DNA of 64,000 nt from Octopus sinensis. Lineage: Eukaryota. This document shows, one piece after another, positions 1-11,758 of the stretch (its first letter is position 1; the number at the start of each line of letters is the position of its first letter). The stretch is from positions 21,452,001 through 21,516,000 of the forward strand of contig NC_043004.1 in NCBI RefSeq assembly GCF_006345805.1, given 5' to 3'. The notes beneath the pieces were generated by a model. It was given only the letters and a program-made list of their open reading frames with translations. It searched no databases and was not told the DNA's origin. The translations under genes were made by a program, and so were the position numbers.

Positions 1-232
1 GTTAGCAGTGGAAGAGGAAATTCTAAAAGCATAGTTGCTAAAATAAGAATAGGCTGGGAAAAGTTCAGAGAATTACTACCTTTAGGGCTCTCTCCTTCAG
101 AGTAAAGGGCAGATTGTATGATACCTGTGTACTAACAGCTGTGCTACATGGCAGTGAAACATGGGCTACAACTACAGAGGACATGTAGAAATGAATCTGG
201 TATGTTCTGTTGGATGGGTAATGTCAGTGGGT
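1..232 (+). mobile_element. RTE-clade LINE fragment (region C-terminal to the RT domain), decayed
   Basis: Reads VSSGRGNSKSIVAKIRIGWEKFRELLP..GLSFRVKGRLYDTCVLTAVLHGSETWA, homologous to the 3100-3894 ORF. It has a small deletion and later stops. Confidence 0.85.
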
Positions 233-1429
233 TCTAATCTCTTTGGCTTCGGTACTATCATTCCAACAAATCACATTATACAGTGTCTTCGCTACAACAC
301 CATGTCTCATCGTTAGATAATACTATGATGTCAGTTTTGGACAACTGCTTATGATGTGGGTGACATCGTTGGTGTTAAGTCCACAAAGCCTTTTCCTGTG
401 TCTCTGACCCTATATATGTATGTATGTAGTCATGCATATATGCATACAGTATTTAAATGGGTAGATAGATTATTAAACAATTATATATATGTTTATTTTT
501 AATAATTTTATTGAGAATGACTTGGGAGATTCACCAGTGAGAGACCTTGTTTGGATTCTTACAAAGTCAACCAGTGGCAAGACTGTTAATGATTTCATGA
601 AATATATATATATAACATATAGTTTTTAATATGTACATGTGAATTGTGTGTGTGTGTGTGTGTATATTTTTCATGTGTTGATGAAAGATGTCAGTATCCT
701 TTAAAAAATGCCATGAAACTAATGCTCACAAATAAATGTGCCTCTTCATTTGTCCCTTACACATCTTACAGAGACATCATTGTTACACTGGCTAGGAATA
801 ATACACTAAAATAAGATTTGCTCTTGTGATGTTTGTATGCAGCCATATTCCTGTTAAACTAAAGTGATATGAAATAAAGGTAATGACTATAACGCTGGCC
901 ACACCTCATCATTACGAAATTTTCTGGTTTTTATCTGCCTCCAAGAAATTTTTTACAAAATAATTTTCTAAATAAAATCAAAAATAATATTCTTCACATT
1001 AATTTTTCTGACAAAAAACTATTTTCAATAAAATAGAATTTTTATAACAATAAAAATAATTACATAAAAGAAAAATATTTTAATGTTAGAAAAAACATTT
1101 TTATAACAAATTACTTTTACTATCATTAAAATGATGTTTTATACAATTTATTACTATTTTTATCACATTAAACTGGTATTTTAAAACTAGACATAATTTT
1201 CAAAGACTATAATAATTTTTCTTTGGAAAAATATTCATTATATTGTTAAAATAATTATTTTAATCAAATGTAATACAATTTTCATTACAGTAAATAATTT
1301 TTTTAACATCAAAACTTACTTCTATTAAGCTAACATTGTTTCTAACATTAAAATCAATTTTCATAAGGAAATATATTTTCTAAACTGAAAATAGTTTTTC
1401 TACTTTAAGAATACATTTTTGCATTGTAT

Positions 1430-1656
1430 CTTTAACTTGTTTCGGTCATTAGACTGTAGCAATGCTGAGGTACCAATTTGAAGGGTTTCTGGTTGAACAA
1501 ATCAATGCCAGGACTTTACTTTTTAAGCCTAGTACTTCTTCTATCACACTGTTTTGCAGAACTACTAAGTGATAGAGACGTAAACATACCAACACTAGCA
1601 GTAAGCAGTAATAAGGGGACAAACACAGATACAAACACAAGCACACACACACACAC
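1430..1656 (-). mobile_element. tRNA-derived SINE (main family), 3' half only
   Basis: Degenerate reverse match to the SINE tail (cttgtttc.gtcatt.gactgt ... aagcctagtactt ... ggggacaaacacaga), ending at the (CA)n linker. Confidence 0.8.
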
Positions 1657-2915
1657 TGATATATAAATCTTCTGTCTTTATCTTTGTCTGTCTGTTACCA
1701 TGTTGCTGCCTACACCAGTGAACCAATCTTGACAAAACTTTGCATATACGTTAAACTAACATCCATTTGAATTATAGGCTTATTGGTGGAGTTGGGCTAT
1801 TATTTGGTAAAATGAGAATGGTGCAAGAGTGTTAGTGTGAGGAAAATGTGGTGGCATAGTGAGTGTAGATGATATCAGGGAAGGGGAGAACAAAGTTGTG
1901 TGACAAATAGGAAGTGGCAGTGGGATGCTAACATTAATATAGCTGTCATTCAGGGATGTACATGCGACACTGCATACATGCTTTCATAAATACATAGATC
2001 CATGCAGACACAAATACACAAATACACACACACACATAAATAACTTTTAAAATGCCAAGGTAGGGAAAGAATGGTGGGTGTGAGGAATGCATAGCTTTAA
2101 GGAGAGACAGAGTAAGTTGATAACAATTGTTCACAGGTGGCTTTTTCTGCTGTCCATCACAAAGAAACACTCACACACACCACATACATATATATATACA
2201 TGTGCACATGCATACATACAAATGTCTGCTATGCACCAAGTGATTACCTGTGTATACATTTGTAAATGTGTGTGTGTCACATCCCATAACTATCTGTCTC
2301 TTTACTCTTGTCAGGTCTTCCCTGTTGCAGTCACATATTGAGAAATTTTAGAATTATGTCAAAACTTTCAAATTTGGTATATTGAAATAATTGTCCATGT
2401 TAAATCTACTTTTGTTATTTATTTGTTCCAGAAAAATTACAGAAAAATGTTACTGAGGTTTAAAGTTTAATCAATTTTACCTAAACTGAAAAAAAGATTT
2501 GGAAGCTGGCATTTTCTGCATGATAGATGTCTATCACAAAATGAAAGCAAAACCATTATGAGGAGGTATTTTTATTAAACAAAGGAAAGAAAAGCATTAT
2601 GACAACCGAAATTGTAATAACTTCTGAAGTTTTAATAAGTTTTCATGAATATAGTCATGTCAAACAGTTGAACAGACATGTAGATAATTTAGAAAGGAAA
2701 ATATCCTCAACAAAGTTTTTTGTGAAAATTTTCAAAAATCTATCCTGATCAAGAGGTCTATATCAGAGAAGGCATCGTCTGACATGAAATAAACAAAAAT
2801 TTATATAAAACATTCTATTGTTAAAATAGCCTGGCAATGACATGCTATTCAGCTTGTACACACACACACACACAAACAAACACACACATTTATATATATA
2901 TATATATATATATAT

Positions 2916-3137
2916 ACTCTCTCTTTTACTCTTTTACTTGTTTCAGTCATTTGACTGTGGCCATGCTGGAGCACTGCCTTTAGTCGAGCAAATTGACCCC
3001 AGGACTTATTTTTTGTAAGCCTAGTACTTTTTCTATCATTCTCTTTTGCTGAACCGCTAAGTTACAGGACGTAAACACACCAGCATCGGTTGTCATCGGT
3101 TGGGAGGAAAAACACAGACACAAACACACACACACAC
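2916..3137 (-). mobile_element. Main-family SINE, 3' half
   Basis: Near-consensus reverse tail: actcttttacttgtttcagtcatttgactgtggccatgctggagcac...gtaagcctagtact...aaacacagacac. Confidence 0.9.
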
Positions 3138-4396
3138 CCCTTCAGGCAGGTGGCACTGCTTGATCTGTAGAAAATGTGTAGGCAGAAACTCCATAAGATG
3201 TATCCAGTGTAAGCTATGGACACATAAGAGGTGCAGCAACATCCAAGGAAGATTAACCGTGAAGATAGCTTTCATGTGCAGCAAATGCACAGAGGCAATA
3301 AACACCACAGATGCTCAGAAAACAGACTCCATCAAATGCCAGGGGAAGAGGCTAAAAGTAGTAGATGGCTTCCACTACCTAAGTGACCAAGTCTGTAGTG
3401 GGAGTGGATGCTCAGAGAGTGTTTCCACTAGAATAAGAATAACCTGGGCAAAGTTCAGAAAGCTTCTACTCCTGCTAGTGACAAAGGGTCTCTCGCTCAG
3501 AGTGAAAGGTAGATTGCATGATGCATATGTGCGAACTGCCATGCTTCATGACAATGAAACATGGGCTGAGACTGCTGAAGACATGCATAGGCTCAAAAGA
3601 AATGAAGCTAGCATGATCCGTTGGATGCGTATTGTCAGTGTGCACACACGACAGAATGTAAGTGCCCTGAGAGAAATGTTAGACATAAGAAGCATCGGAT
3701 GTGGCATGCAAGAGAGATGTTTGCTTTGGTATAGTCATGTACTGCAGATGGACAAGGAGAGCTGTGTGAAGAAGTGTCACTCCCAAACAGTGGAAGATAT
3801 ATGGGGTAGAGGGAGACCCAGGAATACATGGGATGAGGTGTTGAAGCACGACCTTCGAATATTTGGCCTCACAGAGGCAATAACAAAAGACTGAGACCTC
3901 TGGAGATATACTGTGACTGAGAAGACCTGGCAAATAAAGTGAGCCCACAGCTGTAACTTACACCAGTGTCGCATAACCAGCCCACTCAAGAGTACTTTGG
4001 ATCGTAGAGTGAGTCAAGTAAATCAACATCAACAGCAATATCAAAATCAAATCAAATGGAAATTGTAGTTGTGATCCCTGTGCCGGTATCACGTAAAAAG
4101 CACCATCCGAATGTGGCTGATGCCAGTACTGCCGGTGGCACATAAAAAGCACCATCCAATCGTGGTGGTTGCCAGCTCCTCTGGCCCTTTTGCCAGTGGC
4201 ATGTAAAAAGCACCCACTACACTCTCAGAGTGGTTGGCATTAGGAAGGGCATCCAGCTATAGAAACACTGCTAGATCAGGTTGGGTGCTGGTGCAACCTC
4301 CTGGCTTCCCAGATTGCAGTCAAACTACCCAACCAATACTAGCATAGAAAACGGACGTTAAACGATGCTGATGATGATGATGATGATAATGATGAT
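3138..4396 (+). mobile_element. 5'-truncated RTE-clade LINE: ORF C-terminus, 3' UTR with subrepeats and (GAT)n tail
   Basis: ORF 3100-3894 contains CLICRKCVGRNSIRCIQCKLWTHKRC, RIRITWAKFRKLL, GRLHDAYVRTAMLH.NETWA and GRGRPRNTWDEV. It is followed by tggcac.taaaaagcacc subrepeats, ggcattaggaagggcatccag and ggacgttaaacgatgctgatgatgat. Confidence 0.9.
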
Positions 4397-4410
4397 ATTT
4401 ATATAGATAT

Positions 4411-4570
4411 GATGAGCTTCTTCCAGGGTTTGTCTTCCAAGTCCACTCATAATGTTCTGGTCAGTGTGAGTCTGTAGTAGAAGATACTTGCCCAAGGTGC
4501 CATGCAGTGAGACTGAATCTGGAACCATGTGGTTGGGAGGCAAGCTTACCACACAGACACATCTGTGCCT
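4411..4570 (-). mobile_element. Main-family SINE, 5' half (tRNA-like head)
   Basis: Reverse head: gtagaagatacttgcccaaggtgccatgcagtgagactgaatctggaaccatgtggttggg...cttaccacacag. Confidence 0.8.
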
Positions 4571-4881
4571 ATATATCTTTTATGCATAATACTACTAATA
4601 ATTTCCCAAGATTTAAAATCATTCCTTTATTCTCTGTATATTAACGTCCCTCTTTACAAGATTCTATTTAGAAAGAAATTCAAGACACATCTAAGATTGT
4701 ATTCAGTCTTATTATGGTGGTAGCCACCATCATAATGCTCCATGGAACTTCAACCAAACAATACCAAAATACAGAAGCCAATACTTGGCCAATAAAAACC
4801 AATAAAATGAGTATTTATGTTGTCAAGTCTCATCGTAGTAGTGGGCTGTCAGGAAAAATAGATTTTGGTTTGGTGACTTAT

Positions 4882-4977
4882 GGACACTAAAGCAAGTTTA
4901 AGTATATCAATAAGTAATTATTGAAAGGTCATTGTTGTAACAACGGTTGCTATAGCAACAAGAAAGTTTTAGTGTCC
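4882..4977. mobile_element. 96-bp miniature TIR element with 4-bp TTAT direct repeats (possibly Kolobok-like MITE)
   Basis: ggacactaaagc (4882) and gttttagtgtcc (ending 4977) are inverted repeats matching at 11/12. ttat flanks both ends (4878-4881 and 4978-4981). The superfamily is a guess. Confidence 0.5.
4946..4959. promoter_or_regulatory. RFX X-box-like palindrome GTTGCTATAGCAAC
   Basis: Perfect 14-bp palindrome resembling the RFX X-box, with a second palindrome gttgtaacaac at 4934-4944. Function is not demonstrated. Confidence 0.35.
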
Positions 4978-5139
4978 TTATGGATTAGTTATTACTAAAA
5001 TTGGTTTAATACACTTTCATCTAAGTGGAATTGCTCTCTCTCTCTCTGAGTGTACATAATTGCATGCTTATGCATGCAGCCATATTCAAACACACATGTA
5101 TATGCATATATACACATATGTATATTTATTACAAATATA

Positions 5140-5318
5140 AATATATATATATATATAATATATATATATATTATATATATATATATACATGCCAGCATAA
5201 ACCATGAGTTTCCCATTGTTATTATATCCATTTTCTTCTCATACATACATACATACATATATATATATATATTATACACACACACACACATATACATATA
5301 TATATACATATGTATTTG

Positions 5319-5352
<34 letters not shown>

Positions 5353-5450
5353 AATACACATAAACACACACATATAGATAGAGATAAAGCGTGATACAGA
5401 GATACATACATGTATTTATATACATATGAATATGTGTGTGTGTGTGTATA
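5140..5450. repeat. Compound (TA)n/(CA)n/(TACA)n microsatellite
   Basis: Seen directly in the sequence; it is the source of several spurious YI/HT-repeat ORFs. Confidence 0.95.
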
Positions 5451-5728
5451 TACGTGTGCCCACGTAATCTATAATCTATGTACATACAAAATTCAGACTT
5501 AACTGGTATTTTGCTTTTTATAATTTTTTTTATTTTCAAAAGAACTTTCATGTTTTAGGAAGTTAACTTGAAGAAAATGATGCTATGGCACTAATATCTA
5601 GAAGGTGGAGGTAATCTGAAAAAATATCTTCAGTATAAAAACAATTTTGGTGAATTTTATTTTCAAATGAAATAAAATTTAGACAGACAATTCAAAATTG
5701 ATTTGAATTTCTTAGTCTATTTTTTTAC

Positions 5729-5952
5729 CTTTTACTTGTTTCCGCCATTTGACTACAGCCATGCTATGGCACCACCTTGAAGAATTTTTAGTAGAATGAA
5801 TTGACCCGGTGTTAATTTGTTTTTTCTTTTAAGCCTGGTAATTATTCTATCAGTCTCTTTTGCTGAATCACTAAGTTATGGGGACGTAAACACACCAGCA
5901 CCAGTTGTCAAGCAAGTGGTAGGGGAAAACCCAGATACAAAAAGACACACAG
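5729..5952 (-). mobile_element. Older main-family SINE, 3' half
   Basis: Reverse tail: cttttacttgtttccgccatttgactacagccatgct...gggacgtaaacacaccagcaccagttgtcaagc. Confidence 0.85.
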
Positions 5953-5987
5953 ATATATACATATATATATATACATATATCCATTGG

Positions 5988-6367
5988 TACAGGAGTGGCT
6001 CTGTGGTAAGTAGCTTGCTTACCAACCATATGTTTCCGGGTTCAGTCCCACTGCGTGGCATCTTGGGCAAGTGTCTTCTACTATAGCTTCGGGCCGACCA
6101 AATCCTTGTGAGTGGATTTAGTAGACGGAAACTGAAAGAAGCGTGTTGTATATATGTATATGTATATATGTGTGTGTTTGTGTGTCTATGTTTGTTCCCT
6201 AATATCGCTTGACAACCGATGATGGTGTGTTTAGCAAAAGAGACCAATAGAATACTAAGTACTAGGCTTACGAAGAATAAGTCCTAGGGTCGATTTACTC
6301 GACTAAAGGCGGTGCTCCAGCATGGCCACAGTCACATGACTGAAACAAGTAAAGAGAGAAAAGAGTA
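5988..6367 (+). mobile_element. Near full-length main-family SINE nested in an older antisense SINE
   Basis: A-box-like gtggctctgtggt, B-box-like ggttcagtccc, CORE-like cttgggcaagtgtctt, TA/TG linker and tail ending gactgaaacaagtaaagagag. Confidence 0.92.
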
Positions 6368-6374
6368 TATTACA

Positions 6375-6524
6375 GTCTTCTTTTAGTTTCTGTCAATCAA
6401 ATCCACTGACAAGGATTTTGTTAGCCTGACATTATAGTAGGAGACACTCACCAAAGGTGCCATGCAGTGGCACTGAACATGTGGTTGGGAAGCAAACTTC
6501 TTACCACCCTGTCATACCTGCTCC
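6375..6524 (-). mobile_element. Older main-family SINE, 5' half (continuation of 5729-5952)
   Basis: Reverse head: aaatccactgacaagg...aaggtgccatgcagtggcactgaacatgtggttgggaagcaaacttcttaccac. Confidence 0.8.
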
Positions 6525-6840
6525 ATATATATGTATGTGTTTTTATTTGTTCGTTTATGCGTACGTGAATGTATGTTTCTTTACATTTATTCTTGGCTAA
6601 AAATCTCTGTGCATCTAGTAATGATATTGCTGTGTTATTCCCTACTAACAAATCGTTTGCTGGTTTTGGGATCTCTAATAAGAGATTCCATATTTAGAAA
6701 ACTAGTAAAGGTGAGTGACCTGAATGGTAAGTGGTAGTAAAGCAATGTCTTACAATTTTATCTATGAATGGTTGAACGACCAAATCCAAGCTTCTCTACT
6801 AGTTCCTCAACAGTTACAATGGGATTTTGTTACACCGGTA

Positions 6841-7206
6841 ACATAAAAAGACCCAGTATACCCTGTAAAATACAAGGCATTAGGAAGGGCAACAAACCAT
6901 AGAAGCCATGACAAAATAGGGTTTCTATGCAATTTATTCATATGTATGTGTTTGTTGTAATTTGCATCTCACATCTAGTTATTTAAATTTCACATTCCTG
7001 ATCATCAGTCGGATATAAAGTGTTTATGTTTGTTCTGTTTGTTGATCAGGAATGTGAAATTTAAATAACTAGATGTGAGATGCAAATTACAAAAAACACA
7101 TACATGTGAATAAATTGCATAGAAACCATATTTTGTCATGGTTTCTATGGTTTGTTGCCCTTCCTAATGCCTTGTATTTTACAGGGCATACTGGGTATTT
7201 TTATGT
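6841..7206. repeat. Long inverted repeat (164-bp arms, 38-bp spacer)
   Basis: 6841-7004 is the reverse complement of 7043-7206 with 6 mismatches and no indels (aligned by hand). Confidence 0.95.
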
Positions 7207-7260
7207 GGAATGATAAATGTGACTTACTTTCATATATATGACTTACCTTCATATATATAT

Positions 7261-7520
7261 ATATAAAATACAGTGTACATTTAAACATATAAGAAGTGTC
7301 CATATAGGACTCCCTTACACTTGACTGAAACTGCTAAAGTCCAAACTACTAATTAGGGATAAAAATTTTGAAGGGAATAAAAATAAAAACATTTACCATC
7401 TATTTCCTGGACCATGGTTTCAGACTTCTTTTTTAGCAAATAAAATAATTTGCTAGGCGAAGTCTTCATCAGCAGGTACACCAAGATTAAACATATAAGC
7501 ACGAGGCAAATCCAGCATGT
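7261..7520 (+). mobile_element. Partial inverted copy of the adjacent MITE
   Basis: Reverse complement of 7653-7902 (shared taaagtccaaactactaattagggataaaaatt, cttcatcagcagg, cacgaggcaaatccag). Confidence 0.8.
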
Positions 7521-7544
7521 ACATAATTAATAATAGGGTAATAA

Positions 7545-7980
7545 TGATTTCTCTAAAAATTGTTTGAAGAAATTGCAGGCATGTTTTTGGTGCCAACAAA
7601 AAACTGCGCTTGTGTGGTAGATTTGGAAAATTATAATGTATAAGCAAGAGACACATACTGGATTTGCCTCGTGTTTATATGTTTAATCTTGGCATACCTG
7701 CTGATGAAGACTTTGCCTAGCAAATTATTTTTATTTGCTAAACAAAAAGTTCAGGAAATAGATTATAAATGTTTTTATTTTTCATTCCCTTCGAAATTTT
7801 TATCCCTAATTAGTAGTTTGGACTTTATCTGTTCCTTCTAGCGCAAGGGAGTCCTATGATGGACACCTCTTATGTGTTTAAATCTACATTGTGTTTTTAT
7901 ATGAATAATATATAGTCTATTTAATTTTTCTATACGCTAGGCCACTGGTAGTAAAACTTTCTAAAATCTTTATTACCCTG
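7545..7980 (-). mobile_element. Non-autonomous DNA transposon (MITE, ends Yagggta...), superfamily unassigned
   Basis: Ends tagggtaataatgattt and aaatctttattaccctg are inverted repeats. Related copies lie at 47826-48382. Confidence 0.65.
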
Positions 7981-7999
7981 ATACTATTAAACACCCCAC

Positions 8000-8055
8000 C
8001 ACACACACACACATGCACATACACACACACACACACACATATATATATGTATATT

Positions 8056-8131
<76 letters not shown>

Positions 8132-8178
8132 AGTGTATATATATATATATATACTTATATATTTATATATATATTTAT
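8000..8178. repeat. (CA)n + (TA)n microsatellite
   Basis: Seen directly in the sequence. Confidence 0.95.
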
Positions 8179-8179
8179 A

Positions 8180-8343
8180 GGTGCAAGAGTGGCTGTGTGA
8201 TAAGTAGCTTGCTTACCAACCACATGGTTCCAGGTTCAGTCCCGGTGTGTAGCACATTGGGCAAGTGTCTTCAGCTATAGCCTTGGGCCAACCAAAGCCT
8301 TGTGAGGGGATTTGGTAGACGGAAACTGAAAGAAGCCCGTCGT
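8180..8343 (+). mobile_element. Main-family SINE, 5' half
   Basis: gagtggctgtgtgataagtagcttgcttaccaaccacatggttccaggttcagtccc...gaaactgaaagaagcccgtcg, followed by (TA)n. Confidence 0.9.
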
Positions 8344-8362
8344 ATATATATATATATATATA

Positions 8363-9638
8363 CAGGATCATCTTATAGATAATGAGGGCTTTTCTATTGC
8401 ATGAACTAAAAGTCAGAGGGGGATGAGATAAACTACCTGCATCAACTTGCAGTACAAGCAGGTAATAATTTTACCTTGTCCTTATTCTTAGTGCAATTTT
8501 TGAAGAGTACAGTTCGATTTTAACAGTTACTTTTTCAAAGCTGTAACAGCAGTGACAAAGGAGCATATTTTGCTTTATGAGTTCAATAAAGGCAACAATG
8601 CAACAGAAAGTGCGAAGAACATTAATGCAATATATAGGAATCAGACATTAACCACAGGCCAGTGTCAATAGTTGTTCCAGAAATTCTGAGTCAGAAACTA
8701 TAGCCTAGAATATGAGCCTTGTCCTGAAGATCTGTAGAGCTCGACGAGGCTGTCCTGCAAACCCTTGTGTAACAAAATCCCATTGTAACTGTTGAGGAAC
8801 TAGTAGAGAAGCTAGGATTTGGTCGTTCAACCATCATTGGTACCTGCATGCCATCAGAAAAGTTAGAAAGTTGGGTCAATGGGTTCTTTACAAAATTCCC
8901 CAGTCTAATCGTGTGCAGAGAGTGAATATGTGCCCATCTTTACTGTCATGCCTCATGAATGAAACGTTTTGGGACCAAACAGCAACTGGTGATGAGAAAT
9001 GGGTTCTCTATAAAAATGTCAAGTGCCAAAGACAGTGTGCTGGGAAAGGAGAAATACTGGCACCCCAGATTAAAGAAGGTCTTCACCCATGTAAGGTGTT
9101 GTTTTCAGTTTCGTGGAATACGAAAGGCTTATTCCACTTTGAACTTTTAAACTCAAACCAAACAATAACAAAGGAGATCTACTGTGAGCAGCTTGAGTGG
9201 CGTAGGTCAGTGCTAGAAGAAAAATTACCTTCTTTGATTTGAAGATAAAAGGGGTTTTTCCATCAGGATAATGCTTAGCCATATACAGTGAGGATGACAT
9301 TCCAAAGGCTGGAGTAGTTTGAATGGAGAACGATGCCCCACCCACCATACTCACTGGACATTGCCCCATCTGATTATCATTTATTCCACAGTCTTCAAAA
9401 TCATTTGGGTGGAAAAAATATGAATTCTCAAGAAGAGATCAAAACAGTAGCAGAGGAGTATTTTTCATCATGGACAAAGTAATTTTGGAAGAGGAGCCTT
9501 TCAAGTCTACCAGATAGATGGAAGAGCATTGTAGAAAATGAAGAAGAATATATTTTAGTTTAAAAAAGAACTTTGTTTATCTTAATTTTGAAAACTAAAA
9601 GAAGTATTAAAAAATTCTCATTATTTATGGGATGATTT
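8363..9638 (+). mobile_element. Approximately full-length decayed mariner (DD34D) transposon
   Basis: N-terminal HILLYEFNKGNNATESAKNINAIY, catalytic TGDEKWVLY (ORF 8871-9242), HQDNA, and PHPPYSLDIAPSDYHLF. Degenerate TIRs (atcatc..ata.ataatgag) with TA flanks; multiple stops and frameshifts. Confidence 0.9.
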
Positions 9639-10099
9639 TATATATATATATATATATATATGTCGTCTCTTTGTGTTTTTTACGTTCTTGTCCCATTTTT
9701 ATATATAATTTATATATATATATAACATGAACTACAAAAAAACAACATGAAATACAAAATATGCAAACATGGAATACAAACATTTTTTGCGAACTACAAA
9801 AGAAACAAGCAACATGAACAAATGACCCTTCATCAATTGTTGGTTGTTTTTCTACTTCGCATTTCGAGCATTTCACAACGAGATACATTTCTAACATAGC
9901 AGTTGCTCCCACAAATCAAATTAAATAAAATTTGGGATTTTGTGGAAGGTCAAAGCTGGTAGCAAAAGTAAGACAGTGAAAACAGACAGGAAGGGCTGCT
10001 AAGCCTAGACGAGTTGAGTTGGTGAACATGGAGAAATGAGCTCTAACAGGATACAGAAAAAAATGCGTCCAAACCCCGTGGCTGATCAGAGAGAAAGAA

Positions 10100-10310
10100 A
10101 GGAATTCAAGTTAGTAAAAGAAAGATGGCTGATGGTCACATGTGAGCTACGAGAAAGCAAAGGCAGAAGGGTGAGGGAGAGAGAGAGGAGGGGAAGGGAA
10201 GGATGAGAGAGGAAAACGAAAGGGAGAGAAGAAGAGATAAAGAGAATAAGAAAAGAAGAGAGAGAGGAAACAAAAAAGGGGAAGAAAAGAGACAGACAGA
10301 GATAGGAAGT
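10100..10310. repeat. GA-rich low-complexity tract
   Basis: Purine-rich run (gagagagaggaggggaaggg...). Confidence 0.8.
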
Positions 10311-10367
10311 GTTGCATAAATTTTATTAAGATAAAAAAGATAATATAATATATATATATATTTATCT

Positions 10368-10530
10368 CAGGATACGTGACCTAGTGGTTAGGGTGTTTCA
10401 CTCATGATTGCATGTTTGGCAAATAAACCTGACAGAATAAGTACCAGGTGAGTTGATTTCCTTGAGTAAAATTTATCAAGATGGTACACCACCATGCCCA
10501 CAGTCTAATTACTTAAAAAATAAAAGATAA
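10368..10530 (+). mobile_element. Degenerate SINE of a second tRNA-head family
   Basis: Head acgtgacctagtggttagggtgtt, then cagaataagtaccagg and ccaccatgcccacagtctaa, similar to 26903-27115 and to SINE tails. Confidence 0.55.
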
Positions 10531-11285
10531 ATGATATATAAATCCTGTAGGAAACAGTCTCCCTCCCAAGATAATCAGATGACAATTAAGTACTTTTGAA
10601 TTCCTCCTTTTGACTACTTACTTTCACTGTAGAGCATTTACAATATAAGTTTGATCTAGTTTTGTTCTAAAATCTCTGCTATGTTTACCATTGGTCCAAA
10701 GATTTGGATATACTTAGAATTCCATGCCAAATTAGGCAATTGCAACTGTCTCAATATTATCCTCTCTTGCAGACATGTTCTTGTGCATTTAGTAGTTTGC
10801 TAGCTGCAATATTCTTTTTTACTCTGATTTACCTTCATTTCTTTCTTTATGTTATCCTCTCATCTTCGTACCTTAGACATTTATGTTATTTTTATTCTCG
10901 GATGCACCTTTGGTAAAAAGAAGCTAGCATTTTGTAATAGTCAATTTTATAAGCATTACAAATGATTTTGTATGAAGCACTTTTTACTGACTGCAGCAAC
11001 TTTTCCTTCTCTTCCAACAGCAGACACAATCAGGTGCATATGTGTGTGTGTGTGTGTGTGTGTATGTGTGTTGTGTGTGTGTGTGTATGTGTGCTTGGCC
11101 ATTGAATCCTGTGTAATAATCAGTAATGTGAAATTTCAGTGACTTGATTTGAGATGCCAGAAGTAATAGCCATAAATAACCTACACATTCTAAATAAATA
11201 CTGTTTTGAACTTTTCCCCTCCATTTTGAGTGTGCATATATGTTCATTTATATATATATGTGTGTGTGTGTGTGTGTTTTATCAT

Positions 11286-11702
11286 TTATCTTTTATTTGT
11301 TTCTGTGGTAGGGAACTGCTTTGAAGTTTTTAGACAAACGGATTGACCCCAGTTATTTATTTATTTTTTTTTTTTTTAAAACTGATACTTATTCTATCAC
11401 TCTGTTCTGCTGAACTGCTAAGTTATGGTGATGTTAACATACAACCACCAGTTGTCAAGCAGCGTAATGGGGGACAAACATAGACACAGAGACACACACA
11501 TACGCATACACTTACCACACACACACATATATATTAATATCCGATAGGCTTCTTTCAGTTTCCATCTACCAAATCCACTCAAGTCTTTGGTCAGCTCAAG
11601 GCTATAGTAGAAGTCACTTGCCCAAAGTACCACAGAGTAGGACTGAACCAGGAACCATATGGTTGAGAAGTAGACTCCTTACTAAACAGTCACACCTGTA
11701 CC
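11286..11702 (-). mobile_element. Full-length older main-family SINE
   Basis: Tail, linker and head are all present in reverse, with many CpG-to-TpG changes. Confidence 0.85.
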
Positions 11703-11708
11703 TATAAT

Positions 11709-11758
<50 letters not shown>

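Noticed and set aside
770-805. Possible 36-nt minus-strand micro-exon (ttattttag acceptor, gtaaga donor)
   Set aside because: Such splice-like pairs arise by chance in AT-rich DNA; there is no recognisable peptide or neighbouring exon.
1670-2800. Possible Helentron/DINE-like non-autonomous elements (tctgtctgtctg, aaactttgcata, aaatttggtat motifs)
   Set aside because: The motifs are suggestive, but I could not identify termini, subterminal inverted repeats or a second copy.
3100-3894. 264-aa ORF as a host gene
   Set aside because: It begins inside a SINE linker and is otherwise the C-terminus of an RTE ORF lacking the RT core.
4085-4215. Repeat-spacer pattern resembling a CRISPR array (also at 13698, 25620 and 51305)
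   Set aside because: The context is eukaryotic, the units are degenerate and few, they are always embedded in an RTE 3' tail, and there are no cas genes.
4995-5551. YI/HT/CV-repeat ORFs (also at 8047, 31055, 58705 and 59590)
   Set aside because: They are translations of (TA)n and (CA)n tracts.
5988-6060. tRNA gene-like A and B boxes (also in many other copies)
   Set aside because: They are SINE heads; no complete cloverleaf or acceptor stem is present.
7695-7725. CTGATGA motifs at about 7700, 16135, 21074, 33551, 38855, 51722 and 61628
   Set aside because: No stem II followed by GAAA, so they are not hammerheads.
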